DNA of 64,000 nt from Candidatus Margulisiibacteriota bacterium (GTDB taxonomy: Bacteria > Margulisbacteria > WOR-1 > O2-12-FULL-45-9 > XYB2-FULL-48-7), in NCBI GenBank assembly GCA_025453605.1, contig JALOPZ010000002.1, positions 132,631-196,630 on the forward strand, written 5' to 3'. Shown here piece by piece: positions 37,205-45,501 of the stretch. The first letter of the stretch is position 1, and each line of letters opens with the position of its first letter. The notes beneath the pieces were generated by a model. That model made no database searches. It saw only the letters and a list, made by a program, of their open reading frames with translations, and was not told the origin of the DNA. Made by a program: the position numbers and the translations under genes.

Positions 37205-37278
37205 GCGCCTATAGCTCAGCTGGATAGAGTACTTCCCTGCGAAGGAAGGGGTCGGGCGTTCGAATCGCCCTAGGCGCA
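37205..37278 (+). tRNA. tRNA-Arg (anticodon GCG)
   Basis: Acceptor GCGCCTA/TAGGCGC, anticodon arm CTTCC-CTGCGAA-GGAAG, TTCGAAT; no encoded CCA. Confidence 0.93.
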
Positions 37279-37283
37279 TTTTT

Positions 37284-37370
37284 GGAGAGGTGTCCGAGTG
37301 GTTGAAGGAACACGCCTGGAAAGCGTGTTTACGGGAAACCGTAACGAGAGTTCGAATCTCTCCCTCTCCG
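37284..37370 (+). tRNA. tRNA-Ser (anticodon GGA)
   Basis: CACGC-CTGGAAA-GCGTG, long variable arm, GTTCGAATC. Confidence 0.95.
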
Positions 37371-37379
37371 TTCTTTCAT

Positions 37380-37466
37380 GGAGGAGTGGCCGAGTGGTTG
37401 AAGGCGGACGCCTCGAAAGCGTCTTTACCAGCAATGGTAACGGGGGTTCGAATCCTCCCTCCTCCG
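37380..37466 (+). tRNA. tRNA-Ser (anticodon CGA)
   Basis: GACGC-CTCGAAA-GCGTC, long variable arm, GTTCGAATC. Confidence 0.95.
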
Positions 37467-37479
37467 ATTGGCTAATATT

Positions 37480-38358
37480 ATGATCAAGTTCGGGCCAGAA
37501 GGCTGGATCGCCAGGATTTCCGAAGAGTTCACCTTTGAGAACGTTATCAAGGTGGGGCGGGCGATCGCTGTTTATCTTTTAAGCCGCGAGCAGGGTGACA
37601 AACCTTTTCTGGTCAGCTATGACACCCGTTTCCAGGCTGAGCGCTTTGCTTTGGAGATCGTCAAGGTGTTGGAAGCGGCCGGGATCAACGTCCTCCTGAC
37701 CGAACGCGATACCCCGACACCGATCGTCGCCTGGGAGACGGTCGATAAACGGGCGGCCGGCGCGGTTATGGTCACCGCCGGCTCGCACGGCGCTCAGTTT
37801 AGCGGTCTTAAATTTATTAAACCGGGCGGCGCGGTCTGCCTGACCGATTGCGTTCGGGAGATCGAAACTTATCTGTTCCTCGAGCGGTCCGGCAGCGGCG
37901 GCGTGAACCTACCCCACGATAAACTGCTCAGATATCAGGCGGCTGCCAGTCAGATCGGGCGAGTGGCCAGAGGAAAAGTCGAGCGTTTTGAGCCGCGGGA
38001 ACGTTATTTTGGTTACCTCTCTGCCCAGGTCAGCCAGGCGCGGAGCAGGCCGTTGATCGTAGTTGATCCGCAGTTCGGGTCTGCCCGCGGTTATGTCGAT
38101 CTTTTTCTGCAGCGCCTTGGCTGCCGGGTGGAGGAGCGGCACGGCCACCGTGATGTTCTCTTCGGCGGGCGAGAACCGGGTCTGACGGAACAACATCTGG
38201 CCGAGCTCAAAGCGAAGGTCCTGGAGCGGAAAGCCGACTGTGGCTTAGCCTTTAACAGCGACGCGAGCGCCTACGCGCTGATCGACCGCTCGGGCGGTTT
38301 TCACGCCGGAGCGGAGGCGGTGGATCCGATCCTGGCCGCGCTCCGTGCTATAATGTAG
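37480..38358 (+). CDS. Truncated, degenerate phosphohexomutase (PMM/PGM)-like protein
   Basis: IKFGPEGW, YDTRF, TPTP; catalytic motifs altered (TAGSHG, NSDASA); C-terminal domains absent. Confidence 0.75.
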   Translation: MIKFGPEGWIARISEEFTFENVIKVGRAIAVYLLSREQGDKPFLVSYDTRFQAERFALEIVKVLEAAGINVLLTERDTPTPIVAWETVDKRAAGAVMVTAGSHGAQFSGLKFIKPGGAVCLTDCVREIETYLFLERSGSGGVNLPHDKLLRYQAAASQIGRVARGKVERFEPRERYFGYLSAQVSQARSRPLIVVDPQFGSARGYVDLFLQRLGCRVEERHGHRDVLFGGREPGLTEQHLAELKAKVLERKADCGLAFNSDASAYALIDRSGGFHAGAEAVDPILAALRAIM

Positions 38359-38367
38359 TAACGGGAG

Positions 38368-38928
38368 ATGATCACAATGGCAAAAAAACTTAAGGCTGAT
38401 CCTAACGTTAAGGTAGTGATGGATGAAGTGGAGATGAACCGGGTCCTGCGCCGGATCGCCCACCAGATCATTGAGACCAATAAAGGGATCGAGGGCTTAT
38501 TGCTGGTCGGCGTGATGCAGCGGGGCGTGCCGCTGGCCAAGCGGTTGGCCGAGATGATCGAGCAGCAGGAAGGGAAAAGGGTCCCGGTCGGTAAACTGGA
38601 TGTTTCTCTTTACCGCGACGATCTCAACAGCAAGGGGAAGTATGTCGAGGTCCGCAAATCGGATATTCCGTTCAAGATCGACGGCAAGGTCGTGGTCCTG
38701 GTCGACGACGTTATTTTTGCCGGCCGGACGACTCGCGCGGCGCTTGACGGCCTTAAAGATTACGGCCGGGCCGCCAAAGTCCAGTTAGCCTGTCTGGTCG
38801 ACCGCGGCCACCGCGAATTGCCGATCCACCCCGATTTTACCGGTAAGGTCCTGCCGACCGCCAAAAAGGAAGAGGTCCGGGTCGAAGTGATGGAGATCGA
38901 CGGGCTTGACCGGGTCGTCATCAAGTAG
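38368..38928 (+). CDS. pyrR: Pyrimidine operon regulator / uracil phosphoribosyltransferase
   Basis: RIAHQIIE, LYRDDL, LVDDVIFAGRT, VDRGHRELPI. Confidence 0.93.
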   Translation: MITMAKKLKADPNVKVVMDEVEMNRVLRRIAHQIIETNKGIEGLLLVGVMQRGVPLAKRLAEMIEQQEGKRVPVGKLDVSLYRDDLNSKGKYVEVRKSDIPFKIDGKVVVLVDDVIFAGRTTRAALDGLKDYGRAAKVQLACLVDRGHRELPIHPDFTGKVLPTAKKEEVRVEVMEIDGLDRVVIK

Positions 38929-38939
38929 TTCATTCCGGG

Positions 38940-39767
38940 CTATCTTAGGAAGATCGTAAACTGATTTGGCCTGGGATTGACTGCCGCTTGGCGGGAGGAG
39001 AGTGCGGCCTGTTCGTGTTCCCGCAATTTTACCGCGTAATCCTGTTGGGTCCCGACCAGTGGATGGAGTTGCTGCGCCAGCAGCTGACGACCGATCAGAT
39101 CGATCTCCACATAACGGGTGCGGCTGGACTGCTTTAGGGCCGGCACAAAGCTTCCTGCCGTTTCACTCCCCAGCAAATCGTTGTGCCGCAGGCCGCTGTA
39201 ACTGGCGACTTTTTGACCATCGGCCAATATCCTGCCGATCGCTTTGGCCAGGCTTTGCCCGAATAGCTTGACGTTCCTGGGCCAGGGCTTGTTTACTTTT
39301 AATTCTGCCTGGTTCTCCGGTTGATAATATTCCTGGCTGGTCGGTCCCCCGGGATGGATAGTGATCCCTAGGCGGCGGCAGGTCGCCAGCAGTTCCCGGA
39401 AACCGCGATGCTCCGGCATGGCCGCGTAGGCGAACAGGCGGGGCGCCTGTTTTTGGTCGAGCGTGATGCGGGCTTCGCGGTAAGCGGCCAGCTCGTGCCT
39501 GACTTCCTGGTCGCTGAGCAGGAACTCCAGGACCAGGTGGCGGAAACCGCGCCGCCGCAACAGGGGGACAACTTCCCTGGTGAATTGTTCCAGGGTGGAG
39601 CGATCAGCCTTGCCGTCGTGATGGATCTCGCCAAAACCGACGACTGTCGGCGCGGTCCGGGAGAGGATCTTACTGACCAGGCAGCCAAGAGTGTTGGCCT
39701 GGCTGGCGATACAAGGTTGATCGGCGGTCGGCACCCCTGGAGACAGTTGAGCGGAACTGGTGATCAT
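38940..39767 (-). CDS. Hypothetical protein, possible ChaN/EreA/TraB-like fold
   Basis: VVGFGEIHH, HLVLEF, YSGLRH pattern; GGAGG RBS. Confidence 0.55.
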   Translation of the reverse strand: MITSSAQLSPGVPTADQPCIASQANTLGCLVSKILSRTAPTVVGFGEIHHDGKADRSTLEQFTREVVPLLRRRGFRHLVLEFLLSDQEVRHELAAYREARITLDQKQAPRLFAYAAMPEHRGFRELLATCRRLGITIHPGGPTSQEYYQPENQAELKVNKPWPRNVKLFGQSLAKAIGRILADGQKVASYSGLRHNDLLGSETAGSFVPALKQSSRTRYVEIDLIGRQLLAQQLHPLVGTQQDYAVKLREHEQAALSSRQAAVNPRPNQFTIFLR

Positions 39768-39832
39768 TGTCCCTCCTGCAGCTTGATAAACCGGTCAATT
39801 AATTATCCGGTCCTGCGGGGGGGAATTTCAGT

Positions 39833-39862
39833 AAAAAAAGCCCCCTTCCGGAGAAGGGGGCT
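39833..39862 (-). terminator. Rho-independent terminator (minus strand)
   Basis: AGCCCCCTTC-CGGA-GAAGGGGGCT preceded on + strand by A7. Confidence 0.8.
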
Positions 39863-39893
39863 GCTGGTCCTGGTTCAGGGACGAGTGCGCTGG

Positions 39894-40499
39894 TTAGTAC
39901 AGTTCGGGGAAATTCTCTTTCATTGACTGGCCGATCTGATCGAGATATTTATCCACCGTTCTATCCAATTCCTTGAGGAGTTTCTCTCTCTCAGTCGGCT
40001 TAGCCGGTTGCGACGGGGTCGCCGTGGCATTAGTGACCGGTTCCTCTTTTGTCCCGAGATCTATCTTTCCGCCAGTGTCCCCGGCCAGCTTGGCATAGGC
40101 ACCATCTAGCTCCGGGGTCGGTAAGGGCGATCTAAGGTCGGCCAATTTAACAGCCGGGCCGTCTTTGGTCAATTTGGCTAACGCGTTTTCGGCCGCCGCC
40201 GCACCATCATTCAGTTCTTGCCGTTCGCCGGTCCGGATATTAGCGGCGGTCTCTTCCGCAACGGCTAAGCTACTGTGAACGAAAGCATCTACCGGCAAGC
40301 CGGGCGTCATCTCCGGCCAGGCTTGGGCGAGTGAGCCGCCCAGCGCGTCTTTCATCGCGCCGACCAAATCATTGATCTCCTTTAGTGTGCTGGCTTTGTC
40401 GTTTTTTGGCGCCTGCTGTTCTGTCTGACCGGCAGTTTTTCTGTTCGTTTTGGGCTTTTGGGCAGTGACCTTTAACGGGGCAAAATTCATCTCAACCAT
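39894..40499 (-). CDS. Hypothetical Ala/Lys/Thr-rich protein without signal peptide
   Basis: AGGAGG RBS before ATG 40499; own terminator. Confidence 0.65.
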   Translation of the reverse strand: MVEMNFAPLKVTAQKPKTNRKTAGQTEQQAPKNDKASTLKEINDLVGAMKDALGGSLAQAWPEMTPGLPVDAFVHSSLAVAEETAANIRTGERQELNDGAAAAENALAKLTKDGPAVKLADLRSPLPTPELDGAYAKLAGDTGGKIDLGTKEEPVTNATATPSQPAKPTEREKLLKELDRTVDKYLDQIGQSMKENFPELY

Positions 40500-40604
40500 T
40501 TGTCTGTACCTCCTGCGTATTTCGGGTATCTCAATTTTCCTTGACATTTTACTATCGGAACGGTGGCTGTATAACTTGCATTAATGTGTAGTATAATCTG
40601 CTCT

Positions 40605-43511
40605 ATGGAAAGCGGGGAGTTGTTAGCTGGGCTGAATAGTCAGCAAAAGCTTGCTGTTATGCAAAAAAACGGCCCTTTGCTGGTCATCGCCGGCGCCGGG
40701 ACAGGGAAAACTTCGGTGATCACCCGCCGGATCGCCTGGCTGGTTGCGCAGAAAATCGCAAAACCATGCGAAATATTAGCGCTAACCTTTACCGATAAAG
40801 CGGCCGATGAGATGGAGGCGCGAGTCGATCTCCTGCTCCCCTACGGCTATATAGATGTGGCAATTGCCACGTTCCACGCTTTTGGCGACCGGGTCCTGCG
40901 CGACCACGCGCTGGAGCTTGGCTTGCGGCCTGATTACAAAGTTCTCTCCCAAGCCGACCAGCAGATCTTTTTCCGCGAGCATCTGTTTGAGTTCCCGCTC
41001 AAGCGCTACAAGTCCCTGGGCGATCCGACCAAGCATGTCCAGGCGCTGCTGGGGGTGATCTCCCGGGCCCGGGACGAGGATGTTAGTCCGGAGAAATACC
41101 TGGTCTGGGCGAAGAAACAGACCGGCGACCCGCAACAGCTCGAGATCGCCAGGGTTTACAAGAAATATCAGGCGCTGAAAATTAAGCACGGTCTGATCGA
41201 TTTTGGCGATCAGGTCGCTTACGCGCTCCAGCTCAGCCGGCAGAATAAGGGAGTATTGCGGGAGCTGCAAAAACGTTACAAGTATATTTTGGTCGACGAA
41301 TTCCAGGACACCAATTATGCCCAGTTCGCTTTGTTGAAATTGCTGGCCGGAAAACAGGCGAACATCACCGTGGTCGGGGACGACGACCAGTCGATCTATA
41401 AATTCCGCGGCGCGGCGATCTCCAATATCCTCGGCTTTGAAAAAACATATCCGCGCTGCCGAAAAGTCGTTCTGACGCAGAACTATCGTTCCACTCAGTT
41501 GATCCTTGATACCGCCCACCGGTTGATCAGGCACAACGATCCGGAACGGCTGGAGATCAAAGCGAAGATCGATAAACAGCTGGTCGCGGCCAGCGGTGAG
41601 GTTGGCCGGCGGGTGGAGCAGCAGCATTTTGACCGGGTGACTTCCGAAGCGGATTGGGTCGCGAGGCTGATCAAGGTGAAGGTCGAGGCGAAAGAATATC
41701 GCTATCAGGACTTTGCCATCTTGGTCCGCGCCAATGCCGATGCCGAACCGTTCCGGCAGGCGCTGAACCTGCTACAGATACCGCACCAGTTTTCGGGGGG
41801 TGGGGGATTGTATGGATTGCCGGAGATCAAGCTGGTCGTCTCTTTTCTCCGCTCGCTTGGCGACCTGACCGATTCGGCCGCCCTTTTCAGCCTGGCGTTG
41901 ACCGAACCTTACGGCCTGCAGGCGCTGGAGCTCCAGAAGATCAGCGCTTATGCCAACCGGCGCAATCTGACCCTTCATCACGTCTTTGCCCACCTTGACG
42001 AGTTCGATATCCTGGCGGACATCAAACCGGAGAGCAGAGCGACGGTCAGGCAGATCATGAGCGATATCGCCTATTACCTGGAATTTGCCAAAAGCCGGAC
42101 GACCGGCGAGGTCCTCTATCAGTTCTTGAAAAAAAGCGGTTACCTGGCCGGTTTGACCGCCGCCCAAACCCCCGATAATGAGCGCCGGATCAGGAATATC
42201 GCCCGTTTCTTCGAGCGGGCCAGGGAGTTTAATCAGCTGGCGCAGAACGACCGGGTCGCCGAGTTCGTTAAATATCTCGACTTGCTCAAGGAGGCCGGCG
42301 ACGACCCGGAGTCGGCTCAGCCCGATTTTGATGCCGAGGCGGTCAATGTCATGACCATTCATAAGGCCAAGGGGCTGGAGTTTCCGGTCGTTTTTTTGGT
42401 CGCCCTGGTCAACGAAAAGTTCCCGGTCCGCAGCCGCAAAGCGCCGATCGAGCTGCCGCTGGCGCTGGTTAAGGAAGAGGTCCCGGCCGGCGACCAGCAC
42501 TTAAGCGAAGAACGCCGCCTCTTTTACGTCGGCCTGACCAGAGCAAAGCAGGAGCTTTACCTGACCTCGGCGGTCGATTACGGCGGCAAGAGAGACCGCA
42601 AAATTTCTCAATTCGTCCTGGAGGCGCTTGACCTTCCCAAAGTTGACCGGAAACTGCTGAAAAAGCCGGCGCTCGACCAGATCGAGCTGTTCGCGCCGGC
42701 CGAGCCGGCCATTCCGGCTGAACGGCCGCGGTCGGCCGCCGAGATCATTGCGCTGTCGCCTTACCAGATCGAAGATTATCTGACCTGTCCGCTTAAGTAT
42801 AAATATGTCCACCTGCTCCGGGTACCGCTCTTGCCGAACCAGGCGATCATTTACGGTAAAGCGCTCCATCAGGCGGTCCAGGCGTACTTCACCGCGAAAA
42901 AGGGCCGGCGCCGGTTCACCCTCAAGAACTTGCTCGAGACGTTCGCCCATCACTGGTCGCCGGAAGGCTTTATCTCCCGCGCGCACGAGGAGCAGCGCTT
43001 CGCGGCCGGCCAAGCAGCCCTGCGCCGCTTTTATCGGACAGAAAAGAGCCGGGGCCGGCAGCCGCTCTACATCGAACACGAGTTTACCCTGCTTGAGCGG
43101 CAGGTCCAGATCAAGGGGCGGATCGACCTGGTCGAAGAGCTAAAAGTAAAAAGCCTGCCTGCCGGACAGGCAGGTAAAAAGTCAAAAGTAATAATCGTTG
43201 ATTTTAAATCGTCGGAAGTCACCGACCAGAAAAAAGCGGACAGCAAGGTGCGGGAGAGTCTGCAGCTCGACATTTACGCGCTCGCCTGGCAGCAGCTGAC
43301 CGGTAAACTGCCGGACGCCCTGGAACTGTATTTTCTCGACTCCGGGCTGGTCGGGTCGCTCGCGCCGAGCGCGCAGGACAGCGTTAAGACCTGGACTAAG
43401 ATCGCCCGGGTAGCCGACGGTATCCGCGTTGGCGACTACCGGGCAACTCCCGATAAACGTAAATGTGGCTACTGCGCCTACAGCGAGATCTGTCCGAGTT
43501 CAGCGGTTTAG
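40605..43511 (+). CDS. UvrD/PcrA-type helicase fused to C-terminal PD-(D/E)XK nuclease with Fe-S-type cysteines (AdnAB/AddAB-like)
   Basis: AGAGTGKT, VDEFQDTN, VGDDDQSIY, TIHKAKGLEF, YVGLTRA; TCP...GRIDLV...DFKS...QL.IY...CGYC...C. Confidence 0.92.
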   Translation: MESGELLAGLNSQQKLAVMQKNGPLLVIAGAGTGKTSVITRRIAWLVAQKIAKPCEILALTFTDKAADEMEARVDLLLPYGYIDVAIATFHAFGDRVLRDHALELGLRPDYKVLSQADQQIFFREHLFEFPLKRYKSLGDPTKHVQALLGVISRARDEDVSPEKYLVWAKKQTGDPQQLEIARVYKKYQALKIKHGLIDFGDQVAYALQLSRQNKGVLRELQKRYKYILVDEFQDTNYAQFALLKLLAGKQANITVVGDDDQSIYKFRGAAISNILGFEKTYPRCRKVVLTQNYRSTQLILDTAHRLIRHNDPERLEIKAKIDKQLVAASGEVGRRVEQQHFDRVTSEADWVARLIKVKVEAKEYRYQDFAILVRANADAEPFRQALNLLQIPHQFSGGGGLYGLPEIKLVVSFLRSLGDLTDSAALFSLALTEPYGLQALELQKISAYANRRNLTLHHVFAHLDEFDILADIKPESRATVRQIMSDIAYYLEFAKSRTTGEVLYQFLKKSGYLAGLTAAQTPDNERRIRNIARFFERAREFNQLAQNDRVAEFVKYLDLLKEAGDDPESAQPDFDAEAVNVMTIHKAKGLEFPVVFLVALVNEKFPVRSRKAPIELPLALVKEEVPAGDQHLSEERRLFYVGLTRAKQELYLTSAVDYGGKRDRKISQFVLEALDLPKVDRKLLKKPALDQIELFAPAEPAIPAERPRSAAEIIALSPYQIEDYLTCPLKYKYVHLLRVPLLPNQAIIYGKALHQAVQAYFTAKKGRRRFTLKNLLETFAHHWSPEGFISRAHEEQRFAAGQAALRRFYRTEKSRGRQPLYIEHEFTLLERQVQIKGRIDLVEELKVKSLPAGQAGKKSKVIIVDFKSSEVTDQKKADSKVRESLQLDIYALAWQQLTGKLPDALELYFLDSGLVGSLAPSAQDSVKTWTKIARVADGIRVGDYRATPDKRKCGYCAYSEICPSSAV
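43154..43174. repeat. 21-bp palindrome CCTGCCTG-CCGGA-CAGGCAGG in frame within nuclease domain
   Basis: Direct reading; flanked by TAAAAAG-type heptamers. Confidence 0.7.
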
Positions 43512-43513
43512 CT

Positions 43514-43541
43514 ATTTCGCATAAGATATATTCTGTCGAAT
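43514..43541 (+). other. dif-like (XerC/D-type) site ATTTCGCATAA-GATATA-TTCTGTCGAAT
   Basis: 11-6-11 layout resembling dif GGTGCGCATAA-TGTATA-TTATGTTAAAT. Confidence 0.6.
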
Positions 43542-43976
43542 AGTCTGCGGCGCATGGGGGCTTTGCCCCCACAGCGATTTTGGTTGAACGTTATCCTTTT
43601 CGTTTTCTTTTCTCCCCCACCTACTTTCTTTTTCCAGAAAAGAAAGTAGGCAAAGAAAGCTGGCATAAGGGGTAAACCCCTTATGTATCCCCACGCGCCA
43701 AACTCGGCCGAATAGAGCTTCACTTTGTTCGCTCTATCGGCCTCAAACAGTGGCGCTGATAAGGAAGGGGACGGGAATCCGGAATTGAATAGATGTCAGG
43801 CGATTTCGCTTTACCTTGAAACCCTTGCGGATAACCGCGCTGGTCGGCGCTCCTCGTTTGACTCAGGGAGCGCGCAGCCGCGGAATTGCGAAATCGCTTG
43901 ACCTCTCTTTTGTTACTTTTCTCTGTGTCAAGACAGAGAAAAGTAAGAAGAAAAAAAGGAAATAGAGTTTAATGGA

Positions 43977-44004
43977 AGTAAGCAGAATATATCTTATCCG
44001 ACAT
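43977..44004 (-). other. Second dif-like site, inverted: ATGTCGGATAA-GATATA-TTCTGCTTACT
   Basis: Shares 15 identical bp, including the spacer, with the 43514 site. Confidence 0.55.
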
Positions 44005-44049
44005 TGAATGTGATAGAATTGCAAAAAAGATCGATCAGGAGGTAATTGG

Positions 44050-45123
44050 ATGGAAATCGTGATCGTTGTTCTGCTGCTGGTGATCACAGGCTTACTGGTC
44101 TTTTTCCTTACCCGCGGACCAAAGTCCGGCGGAACGGACAAGATCATGATGGATATTATCGAGAATTTGCGGCGGGAGGTCGCCGATTCGACGACCAGGA
44201 ACCGGCAGGAGATCCAGGCGAACCTGACGCAACTGAGCGATAAGCTGTCGGCCGGGCTGGTTGAATCGTCGCAGACGATCCAGCGGCAGTTCCAGCAGAG
44301 CGCCGGGATCATCAAAGACGTCACCGAACGGCTGACCAAACTGGATGAGACGAATAAACAGGTCCTCGACTTTTCCACTCAACTGCAAAGCCTGGAAAAC
44401 GTGCTGCGCAATCCCAAGCACCGCGCGGTTTTAAGCGAATACTGGCTGGAGACGCTGCTCGGCAACGTCTTGGCGCCCAACCAGTACAAGATGCAGTATA
44501 AGTTCAAGGACGGCGACATCGTTGATGCGGCGATAATGTACCGCGACAAGATCATCCCGATCGATGCTAAATTCTCCCTGGAGAAATACAACCGGATCAT
44601 GGCCGAGACCAACGAGGTCCAGCGCAAGGTGCTGGAAAAAGAGTTCAAGCAGGACCTCAAGGACCGGATCGACGAAACCGCCAAATATATCCGGCCGACG
44701 GAAGATACGACCGATTTCGCTTTTATGTTCATCGGCGCGGAAGGGATCTATTATAACCTGCTGATCTACAAGGTCGGCAGCGTCGAGATCTCGGCCCAGG
44801 ACCTGATCGAGTACGCGTTCAAGAAGCACGTGATCATCGTTTCGCCGACCTCGTTCTTCGCTTATCTGGAGACCGTTCTGCACGGCCTCAAGGCGCTGCA
44901 GATGGAGGATAACGTCAAGGAGATCATTAAGAAGGTCGGCGAACTCTCCAAGCACCTGAACAACTACGACTCTTTCATGCAGAAGCTGGGGAACAGCCTG
45001 GGGACCTCGGTCAACCAGTACAATCAGGCGTATAAAGAGTTCGCCAAGATCGATAAGGATGTGGCTAAGCTGACCGCCGGCGAAGCGGGCGGCCAGATCG
45101 AGCCCAAATTATTGTCGTCATGA
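44050..45123 (+). CDS. rmuC: DNA recombination protein RmuC
   Basis: N-terminal TM, coiled coil, PIDAKFSL, KYIRP, DFAFMF, VSPT. Confidence 0.9.
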   Translation: MEIVIVVLLLVITGLLVFFLTRGPKSGGTDKIMMDIIENLRREVADSTTRNRQEIQANLTQLSDKLSAGLVESSQTIQRQFQQSAGIIKDVTERLTKLDETNKQVLDFSTQLQSLENVLRNPKHRAVLSEYWLETLLGNVLAPNQYKMQYKFKDGDIVDAAIMYRDKIIPIDAKFSLEKYNRIMAETNEVQRKVLEKEFKQDLKDRIDETAKYIRPTEDTTDFAFMFIGAEGIYYNLLIYKVGSVEISAQDLIEYAFKKHVIIVSPTSFFAYLETVLHGLKALQMEDNVKEIIKKVGELSKHLNNYDSFMQKLGNSLGTSVNQYNQAYKEFAKIDKDVAKLTAGEAGGQIEPKLLSS

Positions 45124-45458
45124 GCCCGGACAATATCACCTTCGACGAATTCCGAAAACTGGACCTGCGGGTCGCGCAGATCAGAGCGGTCGAGGAGATC
45201 GCCGGCGCCGATAAGCTCTATAAACTGCAGATCGACCTGGGGAGCGAGCAGCGGGAGCTGGTGGCGGGGATAAAACTGCATTACCGGCCGGACGAGCTGA
45301 TCGGCCGAAAGATAATCGTGCTGGCCAATCTTGAACCGCGCGCGATCCGCGGCGTCACTTCGCACGGCATGCTGCTGGCGGCCGCGAACGAGGATAAAAG
45401 CGCGGTCGTTTTATTGACGGTGGAAAAGGATCTGCCGGTGGGAGCGAAAGTCTCATAA
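45120..45458 (+). CDS. tRNA-binding OB-fold protein (MetRS C-terminal/Trbp111-like)
   Basis: ITFDEFRKLDLRV, ADKLYKL, NLEPR, SHGMLLAA. Confidence 0.9.
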   Translation: MSPDNITFDEFRKLDLRVAQIRAVEEIAGADKLYKLQIDLGSEQRELVAGIKLHYRPDELIGRKIIVLANLEPRAIRGVTSHGMLLAAANEDKSAVVLLTVEKDLPVGAKVS

Positions 45459-45464
45459 TTCCGG

Positions 45465-45492
45465 TTGACAATCCCCCCCTTTAAGCTATAAT
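45465..45492 (+). promoter_or_regulatory. Sigma70 promoter TTGACA-N16-TATAAT for the flagellar cluster
   Basis: Perfect hexamers ending 9 nt before ATG 45502. Confidence 0.8.
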
Positions 45493-45501
45493 TTTTTCAG
45501 C

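Noticed and set aside
37290..37483. Two 61-aa ORFs
   Set aside because: They overlap the two tRNA-Ser genes; spurious.
38340..38370. PyrR-binding attenuator upstream of pyrR
   Set aside because: No leader space, and no AGUCCAGAGAGGC-like motif or terminator visible.
43508..43723. 71-aa and 60-aa minus-strand ORFs in the dif-like module
   Set aside because: No RBS; the sequence is a translation of hairpin repeats, with atypical composition.
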